This document shows positions 51,931 through 63,600 of a stretch of DNA of 64,000 nucleotides, piece after piece. The notes beneath the pieces are model-generated. The model saw nothing but the letters and a program-made list of their open reading frames with translations. It was not told the DNA's origin and did no database searches. Location: NCBI GenBank assembly GCA_963713855.1, contig OY970209.1, positions 1,056,001-1,120,000 on the forward strand. Direction: 5' to 3'. Both the position numbers and the translations under genes were made by a program. This DNA is from an uncultured bacterium. GTDB taxonomy: Bacteria > Babelota > Babeliae > Babelales > Babelaceae. The stretch's first letter is position 1, and each line of letters begins with the position of its first letter.

Positions 51931-53789
51931 TTACGAAAAATTAACCGTACCTGTTCTTGATCGAACCCTATAGTAGTGGTACTTATAGCCTGCAAAGCCA
52001 ATAAGGGAAGCTGCGATAGCGACTGCCGCAAGCCCCAGCGGCACTCCTACCGTTGTTCCAACAATGACGCTTATGGGTAAGCCGTTGCTTCCATCCCCCG
52101 TTCCTGCAGCGCCAAGCAACGGTGAAATTGACACGTCATTTGAATAGAGATTTGCTGTACCGATTGAGCCACTTCCGTCACTTGCCAATAAAAAAACTAC
52201 AGCAACACCGTCGGTGGAGTTGCCAGGCAAATCATATGACGCCTGACTATTTAAAGTGCCTCCTGAAAGATTAAATAAAACAATACTATTTGATCCGCTG
52301 TTAGCTGTTGCAAGATAGGCTCCACCAGGCGATATTGCTAGCCACTGAGGGCTTACATTTCCTTCAGGAAGTGAATACGATTGTGCACTGGTGAACGTAT
52401 CTGCTTGTATACGAAAGATGGTTACATCATTTGAATCGCTATTACATGTAGCAAGAAATAAGTTATTTGCTCCGTCAGTAAAAAAGCTCAGCGATTGGGG
52501 CTTATTTGAGTTAACGGGCAGTGGTTGTGAAATTCCGTTGGTCAAAATGCCACTGGAAACCTTAAAGAGTGTTATATCGTTTGATCCTATGTTGGCTGTG
52601 GCACAGTAAGTACCGTCAGGTGCAAAAGCAATCGCTACTGGATTTGAAGAACCGTTAGGCAACATATATGAAAGAGGACCAACCAAAGAGCCTGCTGCGA
52701 AGTTGAACACTGTTACATCGTTTGACTGGCTATTTGCTACAGCAACATGCATATCATCGGGTGAAAATTCGATTGAGATGGGATTTTTAGAGCCTGTTGG
52801 TAAACGATACGACTGTGCTTTAGTTAATTGTCCACCTACGACGTTAAAGAGGGTAAGGTCATTTGAGTTACCGTTAGCTGTTACCAAGTAGGTTGTATTA
52901 AGAGAAAAGGCTGAGGACAAGGGGTTTGTTGAATTAACCGGTAAAGGAAATGATTGTCCCGAATTGAGCGTTATCTGATTGTTGTTTTGACTCACAGGAA
53001 ACAGTGTTACATCGCTTGATTGATAATTTGTTGTGGCAAGATACGATCCATCTTGGGAACGCTCGATTGAGCCTGGCTCAATCGAGTGAGCTGGCAAGGG
53101 ATATGAAGTTCCGTGAGGAACAAGACTACCACAGATAAGCGTAAAGAGTGTTACATTATTTGAGGTTTCGTTTGCAGTAACAATATAGGCACCATTAGGT
53201 GTAAATGCTATTGATGAAGGGTTGCGAGCCCCGGGCGGTAACGGATACGACGTGCCATTAGTAAGTCTTCCAGCAGAAACAGTAAATATGGTGACGTCAT
53301 TTGATGTATTATTAGCAGAAACCAAAAAAGAACTATCCGGTGAGAATGCCAGTGAAATAGGAAAACTAGAGCTTGCAGGAACAGGATACGAAGTTCCTGA
53401 GCTGAGAACGCCACCAGCTCTTACGGTAAATAGTGTTATATCGTTGGTGGAATTAGCAGTTGCAAGGTACTCTCCGTTTGGTGAAAATGCTATTGAGTAA
53501 GGACCACTCGAGCCGATAGGCAAAAAATACGTGCATGGTAGATTAAGGACCCCGCCCGGATTTACCGTAAATACAGTTACAGTGCTGTAAAATTATTAGC
53601 GGTTGCCAGATATGAGCCGTCTGGTGAAAATGCTGCCTCATGAGGTGCCGTATAGTGCGTAGCCGGTGGCAAACTATAACTAACGCCAGACAATGTAGGG
53701 CACAAATTTTGAGCTCCCATGCTATGGGTAAAAACAAAAACTAGAAGTGCGCACACAGAAAGAAAAACGTTACCCACTATAAAGAACAT
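51931..53789 (-). pseudogene. Beta-propeller membrane protein (4+7 blades) with frameshift near 53588
   Basis: ORF 53577..53789 (signal + blade 1) joins 51931..53523 via STVTVFTVNPGGVLNLPCTYFLP after a 1-nt shift. Confidence 0.85.
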
Positions 53790-53829
53790 AGCAAATTCCT
53801 CACTTCATTCTACTTGAGACATTCGGCTG

Positions 53830-53857
53830 AAAGTAGCATGAATGATTTTTTTGTCAA
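53830..53857 (-). promoter_or_regulatory. Putative sigma70 promoter
   Basis: Minus strand TTGACA-16 nt-TACTTT. Confidence 0.4.
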
Positions 53858-53957
53858 TTCTTGTTAACTGTTAAATAAACTAATGAACAATTGGAAGAAA
53901 GCATGCTTCGTGCCCCGGTATTCTACGCGTAAAAATCCTTGCATAGAATAACCTCCT

Positions 53958-54040
53958 GGTTCCAATAATAACCCCGAGCGGAAGGCTACTGCCATCTCCT
54001 TTCTGGCCACTACCACCAAAAAGCGAAGCAACACTCAATG
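53958..54040 (-). pseudogene. Relic of propeller-family linker/TM start
   Basis: Minus strand reads LSVASLFGGSGQKGDGSSLPLGVIIGT. Confidence 0.7.
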
Positions 54041-54202
54041 ATCTTGATGTTGATCAAACGTGCTAGCGCAGATAGAATTCACACATTCTATTCTGATTTG
54101 CTATTGCATTTTTAGTGTTGTATCATTTTGCATGTATTGCTTGCAATTAGTTAGAGCGCATCTTGTAAGCATATGCTAGAAGAAAAGAGGAGAAATGAGG
54201 CT

Positions 54203-57200
54203 ATGTTTTCTTATTACATGCGAAGATACTTTATTCTGTACATCATTATGCTCGGTTGCATGAGTTCCCAAGCAATCATAGAAGATAGTTATTCTTTACC
54301 GGGAGCTTCCCGTTGGCCAACCGATGGAGAGTATTCGCCCAATGGCCAGTATCTTGCGACGGCAAATTTAGATGACGTATCTTTATTTACGGTCGGTACT
54401 GGAGGGGCTTTACAACAGGGAACTTCGTATTCATTGCCTCCTGGCCCTACGACGCCTTATAAAGAAGCCTATTCATATGATGGTGCTTATTTGGCTACAG
54501 CTAACAATGCGACAAGCGATGTAACTGTTTTTACGGTAGGTTCAGGAGGAACTTTAAATAACCCTGCGTCATACCCATTACCTGCAAGCTCTTCCACCCC
54601 TCAGGGTATAGCTTTTTCTCCCAATGGTTTATATCTTGCTACCGCTAATAACTCCAATGATGTAACAATATTTTCAGTGTCGGGTGGCACCTTAGGTAAT
54701 GCTCTTTCCTATGCTTTACCGACTGGAAGCACCAGTCCTTATTCAATTGCTTTTTCTCCTGATAGCTCGATTTTAGCTGTCGCTAACCGCGACCCTGTTC
54801 CTGGAAGTGTTACCCTATTTACAGTCCAAACGGGAGGTGCATTGTCCAACGGAACATCTTATACATTACCCGGTTCATCACAGGAACCTTTTGGACTAGC
54901 GTTCTCACCCAATGGTTTGTATCTCGTTACAGCTAATTTTGCCTCAAATGATGTAACTATTTTTGATGTTGGGACAGGAGGCACTTTAAACAGTGGAACA
55001 TCTTATGCGTTACCTACAGGCTCTAGTGGGTCGCTTTCAGTAGCGTTTTCGCCAACAGGTGCATATCTTGCTACAGTCAACGATTCTGATGATGTAACTG
55101 TCTTTAGCGTCCAAACAGGAGGCGCGTTAACCGGCGCAGCATCCTATCCTTTACCCTCGGGATGCACCGCCCCTTGGTCGATAGCTTTTTCACCCTCGGG
55201 CAATAATATTGCTACTGCTAATAGCACCTCAAATAACGTTAGTGTTTTTAACGTTGGAGCGGGTGGTGTTTTAAGCGGTGGTACGGCATATACGTTACCC
55301 GCCGGCTCTACTAGTAGTTTTGATGTAGCATATTCACCTACAGGATCTTATTTAACTTCACTTAACGGTGCAGGTGGTGGCATCGGCAATCTCTCCGTCT
55401 TTACTGTCAGCTCGGGTGGAGCGCTAAGCGGAGGTACTACCTATCAGGTGATATCGGACTCACTCCAGCCGCAGGCAGTTGCTTTTTCCCCTAATAGCGC
55501 ATACCTTGCTGCGGTCACCTCTCTATCTGAGGCTGTCACAGTCTTTACGGTTGGGTCGGGCGGCGTTCTGAATAATGGTCTTTTATACTCAATACCTTCG
55601 GGTTCTAAGTATCCTACCGACGTTACATTTTCACCGTCAGGCAATTATCTTGCTACCACTAATGAGAGCTCAAATGATGTAACCATGTTTAATGTAGGAG
55701 TAGGAGGTGCTCTGAGCGGCGCTACATCATACCCACTTCCTGGCGCTGCCGTCGCCCCTCGTGCTTTAAGGTTTTCACCCAATAGCAATTATCTTGCTGT
55801 TGCCGCAAATCGTTATATAGTGATGTTTACGGTAACAGGCGGTACCCTGACAGGAGGTACGGCGTATCTCACTCCTGGAATTTCGTTTCCTACCTCTTTA
55901 GCATTTTCTCCTAGTGGTGCTTATCTTGCTGTAACAATAACTTCTACAACCAATCGGATTGTAACTGTGTATAACGTTGGATCAGGGGGAGCCCTCAGCC
56001 TTAATGCTTCGTACGCTCTGCCTACCGGTGAGTCACCTGTCTCAGTTGCCTTTGATTCCACAGGTTCTTATCTTGCTATTGCAAGTACTAGTTCAGGTAA
56101 TCTCCTTCCTGGCAACGTGTTTCTCTTTTCCGTAGGATCAGGTGGAGCATTAAGCGGTCAGACAACCTATCCATTACCAGCAGGTTCTTTCGAACCAGTT
56201 ACCGTATCTTTTTCTCCAAGCGGGTATCTTGCCGCTGCTGATACGCAATCATCGACAGTAAGCGTATTTAGCTTAAGTGGAGGCACGTTGACAGGAGGAA
56301 CTACCTACCGACTACCGCCTTTATTTAGAGGATCACGCGAGCCTAATGCGGTAGTCTTCTCGCCAGATCGTTCATTCTTGGTAACAGCAAACTATCAGAC
56401 AAGCGATATAACCGTTTTTGATGCAGAGTATACGAACAACAACATTACGCTAGGAGCAAAAAAATCTTATCCGTTGCCCTTTAGTGGTCAAGCGTCATTA
56501 CCTACATCAGTAACGGTCTCAGCTGATAATGCATATATTTTGACAGCAAACGCTAATACCAATGATGTCTCGGTGCTTTCGTTAGTGGGGGGTAAAGTAA
56601 CAAATGCGGTCTCATACCCGTTGCCAATCAATACACTGGATCCTCGTTCTATACAGTTTTCTCCCGATAATTTCTATGTTCTTGTTGCAAACGTTGGGTC
56701 GGATACTATTACGGTCTCTCCATTCAACGCGGGTGTTTTAGGGAATGGAACTGCGTATGCATTGCCTGCAGGGGGCTCTGACCCTCAAGCTATTGCAATC
56801 ACACCCGACGGTTCATATGTAGCTAGTGCCAATTATCTGTCAAATAACGTGGCAGTATTTCCGTTTGCTTCAGGTGCGCTAGGCGGTGGAGCGCTTACCT
56901 CATTACCTACCGGGGCTTCAGGACCACAGTCTCTCGTTTTTATCCCGTTACCGGGCAATGCGCTTATTTTAGCTACCGCTAATGGTGGTTCTAATGACGT
57001 TACCGTTTTTGATTTTCAAGCCGGCGCTTTAACAAATGCACAATCTTATCCTCTGTCTGTCAGTGATTTTAATCCACAATCGATAGCATCCACGCTAAAT
57101 GGTGCGTATCTTGCAACAGCTAATAGTGATTCTAGCACCTTTACACTTTTTACGGTTAACGGCGGAAATTTGTTGCTGAATGGTTCTTTTCCATTGCCAG

Positions 57201-57526
57201 CAAACTCTACAAGGTGCGTTGCTATAAACTTTGCCCCGCGCAATGCAACCACTCCAGGCGTTGAAAATCTTGTAACGGCTAACTTTGAGTCGAATAGTGT
57301 AACTACAGGCTCTTTTGGGTCGCTATTTCCAGTAGGTGACGGTAGCAATAGCGGTGGAGGGGGAGATGGTTTGGGATCAAGTGGTGCCACTACCATCATT
57401 CTAGCAACCGTTTTGCCAATCACCATCGTGGGAGGAATGCTTTTGTTGACCGCTGCTGGCGTAACCGCATGCTTGGTTTATCGGTATATGCATAGACCGC
57501 GTGCTGAATCAATGGTTAACTATTAA
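54203..57526 (+). CDS. Beta-propeller repeat type-I membrane protein (21 blades)
   Basis: Signal, repeats, TM, RPRAESMVNY tail. Start at 54203 or 54218. Confidence 0.92.
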   Translation: MFSYYMRRYFILYIIMLGCMSSQAIIEDSYSLPGASRWPTDGEYSPNGQYLATANLDDVSLFTVGTGGALQQGTSYSLPPGPTTPYKEAYSYDGAYLATANNATSDVTVFTVGSGGTLNNPASYPLPASSSTPQGIAFSPNGLYLATANNSNDVTIFSVSGGTLGNALSYALPTGSTSPYSIAFSPDSSILAVANRDPVPGSVTLFTVQTGGALSNGTSYTLPGSSQEPFGLAFSPNGLYLVTANFASNDVTIFDVGTGGTLNSGTSYALPTGSSGSLSVAFSPTGAYLATVNDSDDVTVFSVQTGGALTGAASYPLPSGCTAPWSIAFSPSGNNIATANSTSNNVSVFNVGAGGVLSGGTAYTLPAGSTSSFDVAYSPTGSYLTSLNGAGGGIGNLSVFTVSSGGALSGGTTYQVISDSLQPQAVAFSPNSAYLAAVTSLSEAVTVFTVGSGGVLNNGLLYSIPSGSKYPTDVTFSPSGNYLATTNESSNDVTMFNVGVGGALSGATSYPLPGAAVAPRALRFSPNSNYLAVAANRYIVMFTVTGGTLTGGTAYLTPGISFPTSLAFSPSGAYLAVTITSTTNRIVTVYNVGSGGALSLNASYALPTGESPVSVAFDSTGSYLAIASTSSGNLLPGNVFLFSVGSGGALSGQTTYPLPAGSFEPVTVSFSPSGYLAAADTQSSTVSVFSLSGGTLTGGTTYRLPPLFRGSREPNAVVFSPDRSFLVTANYQTSDITVFDAEYTNNNITLGAKKSYPLPFSGQASLPTSVTVSADNAYILTANANTNDVSVLSLVGGKVTNAVSYPLPINTLDPRSIQFSPDNFYVLVANVGSDTITVSPFNAGVLGNGTAYALPAGGSDPQAIAITPDGSYVASANYLSNNVAVFPFASGALGGGALTSLPTGASGPQSLVFIPLPGNALILATANGGSNDVTVFDFQAGALTNAQSYPLSVSDFNPQSIASTLNGAYLATANSDSSTFTLFTVNGGNLLLNGSFPLPANSTRCVAINFAPRNATTPGVENLVTANFESNSVTTGSFGSLFPVGDGSNSGGGGDGLGSSGATTIILATVLPITIVGGMLLLTAAGVTACLVYRYMHRPRAESMVNY

Positions 57527-57779
57527 CAGAGAGCGACTTTGGTGGGACTGTGTTACGTGGCGGAATCGTCCATTCGAGGAATATGAATATGCCTGTTGCC
57601 TAACTATTGCTGTATTGCTCATCTTCGAGCAGGAAAATGAGCTTGAGACTCTTGAGCTCCTACTGCACCCACAAATCAGCATTCCAAAAGCCTTGTTTAA
57701 AGTTTCCCCCGCAGAGGGAAGTTTTTTAGAAAAATTTCCTTCCAAAAGGGAAAAAATCTCTATATATGTCCAGTATAGA

Positions 57780-58045
57780 GGGAAAGAACTGGTGAAGGTG
57801 ATAAAGAGGCCGATTTTGTGCTTCTTATGCCTGACCAAACAATTAACCTTTTTCAAGTGTGCTTATCGATGCAATCATTGGATACTCGTCGTAGAGAAAT
57901 TGCAGGATTAGAAGATGCTATGAAAGAGCTCAATCTGAAAAACGCTTGCATAATAACGCTTGAGGAGGAAGAAAAAATTACGTCACCTGTGGGTGAGATT
58001 GAGGTTGTACCTGCATGGAAATTTTTTCTCCATCGGAGCATCTAA
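57780..58045 (+). pseudogene. C-terminal remnant of an AAA_14/DUF4143 ATPase
   Basis: EADFVL...FQVC...TRRREIAGL..AMKELNLK...IIT..EEE....IEVVPAWKFFL. No intact upstream ATPase frame. Confidence 0.75.
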
Positions 58046-60315
58046 AGCTGCGCCTCTTCACCGAAGTTAACTGTTCCTCTGTGCCTGTAGTGATGCACGT
58101 ATTTCCACAAGAGCCAAGAGCCTATAGCCGCAACTATTGCAACCCCACCAAGTACGATCGGAACTCCAACGCTTATACCAATAATAGCACCCAGAGGCAC
58201 ACTTGAACTTCCGCCACCATTTCCATTTGTTCCTTCATTGCCAAATAGAGCGAATACTGAAACGTCATTAGAACCGCTATTAGCGGTTGCGATGACCGTG
58301 CCTCCACCATTTACGTCGGAAAAGGCCACCGATACGTCTCCTTTAGAAGTAGATGGCAAGCCAAAGGAAGTACCCTGGCCTACTATGCCACTTGTTACAT
58401 TGAAGAGTGTGATGCTATTTGAGCCTCTATTGGCTGTTGCAAGAGAGGTCCCATTTATTGAAGCAGCAATAGCAACTGGTCCCACTTCGCTTAAAGGCAA
58501 TGGGTAAGACAGACCTGCGCCAAGACCTCCGTTAACAGGAAAAATGGTAACGTCATTTGAATCGCTATTTGAGGTAGCGATGAATAGATTGCTCTTTTCC
58601 GGCACAAAAACGAGTGAGCGAGGTCTATTAGAACCTGAAGGCAACGGCTGAGAAGCTATGCTCTTTAAAGAACCTTGAGTTACATTAAAAAGAGTCACAT
58701 CATTAGAAGCAACGTTTGCTGTTGCAAGATATAGGTCACCGGGCGAAAAAGCGACAGCGACAGGTTGAAGTGACCCAGCAGGAAGTGCATAAGAAAGAGC
58801 TCCTGTTAACGCTCCTGAAAATACTTTAAAGACAGTAACATCACTGGAGTTACTATTTGCAACAGCAAGATAGGCACCATTTGATGAAAAATCAATCGAC
58901 ACCGGCTCAACAGAACCAGCAGGCAAAGCATACGAAGCACCAGAAGCTAGTTGTCCCCCAGTTACAACAAATAGCGTTACATCATTGGACTTACTATTAG
59001 AGGTTGCAAGATAGTTATTATCGTCTGAAAATGCGACCTCGGAAGGGTGTCGCGAACCAGCTGGTAAAGGATACGAGACACCATTTGTGAGCGAACTGTT
59101 TGCATTGACCGCGAATAACGAAACATCGCTGCTATTATAGTTAGCAGTTGCAAGATACACATTATTAAGAGAGAAAGCTACCGAATCGGGCTCTTGAGAT
59201 TGGGGCGGCAACGGGTAAGAGGTTGACGGACTTGCAAGGCTGTTTAAGCAGCCGGGTGCTGCAAACATTGTTACATTGTTCGAAGTAAAGTTTGCGGTAG
59301 CAAGATAGAGGCCTGAAGGAGAAAATGCGGCATCGGTTGCGCCCGTAGACCCAGCAGGAGTTGCATATGATGTGGCCCCGCTCAATACGCCACCCGAGCT
59401 CATTGCAAATACCGTGACGGTACTCGAAGTTTGATTGGCTACTGCAATATTGGTACCATCAGGGGAAAAACTAAGCAACGATGACCCGGCGGTTCCTGAG
59501 GGAAATGGATAGGAAGTTGCTCCGCTTAATGTGCCTCCCGCACCGACCGTAAAAACAGTCATGTCTTCCGAACCCTTGTTAACTGTGACCAAATAAGCTC
59601 CTGAAGGAGAAAAAGCAACAGTATCAGGAGTTGTAGATCCGCTAGGTAAGGGATACGATGTGGCACCACTTAATGCACCCCCGGTTCCAACCGTAAAGAC
59701 GGTGACGTTGTTTGTTACTGGGTTACACGTTGCCGCATAAGCACCCGAAGGTGAGAATACAATGATATGCGGATTAGTTGAGCCACCCGGCAATGCATAA
59801 GAGGCGCCCACACTTAGGGCGCCTCCACTTCCAACTTGAAATATAGTCACGTTGGCTGAATTATAATTGGCAACAGCCAAATATGCACCATTAGGCGAAA
59901 AAGCTACAGAATACGGACTTGTGCCGGCTGGAACGGGATACGAGGTCGCGCCACTTAATACTCCTCCGGGCCCTACTTGGAATACTGTCACGTCATTGGA
60001 ATTATAGTTGGATGTAGCAAGGTAAGCTCCAGAAGGAGAAAATGCTGTTAATGTTGGCAACAGAGAGCCTCCAGGCAACGGATACGACATTCCAGTACTT
60101 AAAATTCCGTCCGAGCTGACAGTAAACATCGTAACGTCATTTGAATTATTATTGGCTGTGGCTATATAAGCACCGGAAGGAGAAAATCGCGATGCGCCAG
60201 GGACCGTGGAGCCGCCAGGCAGTGGATAAGTTGTTCCTGATTGCAGTAAGCAAGCACCAGAAACGGTGACAGTGTTACACAAAATGAGAGCAAAGTATAT
60301 AAGAGCAAGCTTCAT
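58042..60315 (-). CDS. Beta-propeller repeat type-I membrane protein (14 blades)
   Basis: Start moved to MKLALIYF (RBS AAGGA); GTVNFGEEAQL tail. Confidence 0.92.
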   Translation of the reverse strand: MKLALIYFALILCNTVTVSGACLLQSGTTYPLPGGSTVPGASRFSPSGAYIATANNNSNDVTMFTVSSDGILSTGMSYPLPGGSLLPTLTAFSPSGAYLATSNYNSNDVTVFQVGPGGVLSGATSYPVPAGTSPYSVAFSPNGAYLAVANYNSANVTIFQVGSGGALSVGASYALPGGSTNPHIIVFSPSGAYAATCNPVTNNVTVFTVGTGGALSGATSYPLPSGSTTPDTVAFSPSGAYLVTVNKGSEDMTVFTVGAGGTLSGATSYPFPSGTAGSSLLSFSPDGTNIAVANQTSSTVTVFAMSSGGVLSGATSYATPAGSTGATDAAFSPSGLYLATANFTSNNVTMFAAPGCLNSLASPSTSYPLPPQSQEPDSVAFSLNNVYLATANYNSSDVSLFAVNANSSLTNGVSYPLPAGSRHPSEVAFSDDNNYLATSNSKSNDVTLFVVTGGQLASGASYALPAGSVEPVSIDFSSNGAYLAVANSNSSDVTVFKVFSGALTGALSYALPAGSLQPVAVAFSPGDLYLATANVASNDVTLFNVTQGSLKSIASQPLPSGSNRPRSLVFVPEKSNLFIATSNSDSNDVTIFPVNGGLGAGLSYPLPLSEVGPVAIAASINGTSLATANRGSNSITLFNVTSGIVGQGTSFGLPSTSKGDVSVAFSDVNGGGTVIATANSGSNDVSVFALFGNEGTNGNGGGSSSVPLGAIIGISVGVPIVLGGVAIVAAIGSWLLWKYVHHYRHRGTVNFGEEAQL

Positions 60316-60367
60316 CAAAACAATCCTTTTATAATAGCTAATTATGCAAGCGCTGAGTGCCAGAGCT

Positions 60368-60395
60368 AAGCTATCAGTCGCGAGGAAAATGTCAA
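60368..60395 (-). promoter_or_regulatory. Putative sigma70 promoter
   Basis: Minus strand TTGACA-16 nt-TAGCTT upstream of ATG 60315. Confidence 0.4.
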
Positions 60396-60462
60396 TTTTG
60401 AGAGGAGGCAAATCTTTCTTTAACGAACGTTTTCCTTTGACGATTCGTGGAAGCACAGCGAT

Positions 60463-60594
60463 GCAATAGTTAATTTGCTTGCAATTTTCTTTTGTGTGTA
60501 TAAAACTACACAGCGGCTTTGGACAGATCGAAAAATTCCCTACCACAGTAACGTGAATTTCGGTGGGAGCGAATCAGCCGAAGGGAGCTTATAA
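60463..60594 (+). pseudogene. Relic of propeller-family TM end and cytoplasmic tail
   Basis: Plus strand AIVNLLAIFFCVYKTTQRLWTDRKIPYHSNVNFGGSESAEGSL*. Confidence 0.6.
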
Positions 60595-60640
60595 AATTTG
60601 CTGATCCCCAAATCGACTTAGAGATTAGCAGACTTTTTAT

Positions 60641-63600
60641 TTAGAGTGTTTCCATGGACTCTTTGCCAGCAAAGTTAACGCTTCCATCACGTTGCCTATG
60701 TGTGTATCTGTATATTAAATAGCCGGTCAAAGTTCCAGCAGCTACGATAAGAGTAAGGCCAACAGGGATTCCTAACGACAATCCAATAATAAGGCCTAAA
60801 GGCGTATCACTACCTCCGGAACCACCGCCCGATTGCGTGCCAAGGATCGTAGACAGCGAAACATCATCGGAGCCCTTATTAGCTGTTCCATAGAAAATGT
60901 TTCCATTATTGCTAAGAACTGGTGAAAATGCGATTGCAACACAGTTACTCGAATTACCTGGTAAATCGTAGGTAGTGCCTTGACCAATAACACCATTGGT
61001 AACGTTAAAAACGACCACAGTGCTTGAGCCGCTATTAGCAGTTGCAATGTAAGAATTCTGTGGCGATCCTGCAATAGAACTCGGTTGCGCGTTTCCTTGT
61101 GGCAAGTGGTATGATAAGCCGCTGCTCAATGTGCCCCCGTTAACAGTAAAACTCGTTATATCATTAGAGCCGCTATTAGCACTTAGGAGGTATAGGCTAT
61201 TTAAAGAGGGTAAAAAGAGAACTGATTGAGGAGCTGTGGATCCATGCGGTAAAGTATATGACGTTCCGCCATTCGGTACGCCGTCAGTTAGCGTGAAAAA
61301 AGTGACATCATTAGAATTAAAGTTTGCCGTTGCGACGTACGCTCCGTTTGGCGAGAAAGTAATTGAAACGGGTTTTGTTGAGCCTGCAGGCAGAGCATAA
61401 GAAGCTCCTCCCGATAGCGTTTGTCCAACTACATTAAATATCGTTATATCGTTTGAATTATCATTCGCTACGGCAAGATATGTATTATTGGGAGAAAAAG
61501 CGACGGCGGTGGGCCCAAGGCTTCCCGCAGGTAATGCAAATGATTGCGCTGCTGTTAATAGTTGTCCTATTACTTTAAAAAGGGAGATGTCATTTGATTG
61601 ACTGTTTGCCACCGCCAAATAAGTATCATCTATAGAAAAAGCGACTGCAGAAGGATGAGATGAACCTGATGGAAGTGAGAATGAAGATCCCTTGGAAATC
61701 GTATCTACCCCATTGGTTGTGTTAGTTATGAACAAGCTTACATCGCTTGAATTATAATTTGCTGTCGCAAGATACACTCCATTATGCGAGAATGCTACTG
61801 CATCCGGTTCATGAGACCCGCTCGGTAGTGGATAAGAAGCACCCGTGCTTGTAAAGTTACCGCAGGCAAAAAGGGTAACAGCACCCGACGTATCAGCTGT
61901 AGCAATATACGAACCAGTTGGTGAGTAGGCTACTGAATTTGGATATGCCGAACCCTGGGGAAAAGAATACGTTACAGGATTAGTTAAAATCCCGCCAGCT
62001 ACGGTAAAAGTAGTCAAATCATTTGAACCATAATCAGCGGTAACAAGGTACGCGCCGTCCGGTGAAAAGGTTAGCGAAACTGAATTTGTAGCGCCCGTAT
62101 TTACTGGATATGAAATAGCTCCACTTAAGACTCCTCCAGCTCCTACGTTAAACAGGGTAACGTCATTAGAAATTAAGTTAGCTAAAGCGAGATACAATCC
62201 ATTTGGTGAATAAGCTACAGAATGCGGCGAGAGCGAACCCGCTGGTAGTGGGTATGTACTAATGCTACTTAAAGTTCCTCCTGCTCCTACAGCAAAAATG
62301 GATACGTCGTTTGACGCGGCATTGGCCGTTGCCACGTATGCGCCTGTAGGTGAAAAAGCTATCGATAGTGGATCAAGAGCACCTCCAGGTAAAGTATACG
62401 ATGCAACTACAGTAAGAGCGCCGCCCACGCCCACACTGAACATTGTCACAGTAGCTGAAAGCCCATTGGCGACCGCAAGATAATTTCCTGAGGGCGAAAA
62501 TGCTAATGAGTAGGGACCGGTATTACCTGCAGGTAATGCATACGATGTGCCTGTTGTCAAAACTCCGGCGTTTACGTTGAATATCGTTATATCATCAGAG
62601 TTATAATTAGCAGTTGCGCACAGAGCTCCATTCGGTGAAAAACTAACTGACAGTGGAAATAAAGACCCGGATGGTAAAGCATACAAGGTGCCTGAGTTGA
62701 GCGCATCGGTTTCTACTCCAAATACTGTTATGCTGTTAACATTGGGATTAGCAGTTACAAGCTGTGAGCTATTGGGAGAAAATGTGACTTTAAAGGGCTG
62801 CGTGGAAACAGATGCTAATGAATATGAAGTAGCTGCAGTAAGAATACCTCCGGCCCCTACCGTAAACAGGGTTATATCATTTGAATTGTAATTAGCTGTA
62901 GCCAGATAAGCGTTATTGGGCGAAAATGCCACATATTGTGATCCCGTTGATCCAGACGGTAACGTGTAGGTAGCACTCGTGCTGAGCACTCCCCCTGCTC
63001 CTACATTAAATACGACTACATTGTTTAAAGAAGTAGCTGCTGCCAAATACAAGCCATCAGAAGAAAATGCCACTGAATTGCAGGAAGATCCTGATGGTAA
63101 TGCATAGGAAACGCTACCACTAAGCACACCTGAGTTTACTTGAAATATCGTTACATTTGTTGAGCCGTTACCTGTTGCAAGATACGAACCGTTAGGAGAA
63201 AATACAACCGATTTTGGGCTTGTAGAACCTGAAGGCAACGAATAACTTGTAGCTGCGCTAAGTGCTCCACCCGCCCCCACAGTAAATATGGTTACATTAT
63301 TAGAAAGTTCATTAGCTGTTGCAAGATATGAACCATTTGGCGAGAAAACTACTGAGTTAGGTGATTGAGAACCGCTTGGTAAAGCATAAGAGACAGCGCC
63401 AGACAGAACGCCCCCCGAACCCACGCTAAATATTGTCACATCACTCGAACCCTGATTAGCTGTAGCTAAATAAAGATTGTTGGGAGAATATGCTAGTCCA
63501 ACGGGCTTCATAGAGCCTGTCGGTAGAGAACTATAAGAATCTCCTACAGAAGTAACATCACCACTTGCAACAACCTGATACACGATTATGCCGTATTCGT

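Noticed and set aside
51780..52031. 83-aa ORF as a separate gene
   Set aside because: Overlaps the 3' end of the propeller gene in another frame; no recognisable motif.
58042..58080. VN[FY] tail as a PP1 RVxF or class I PDZ motif
   Set aside because: Basic-residue spacing and Tyr variants do not fit RVxF, and position -2 is not Ser/Thr.
60316..60546. 77-aa N-terminal extension of ORF 58042..60546
   Set aside because: Signal peptide, RBS and promoter fit a start at 60315; the extension overlaps an opposite-strand relic.
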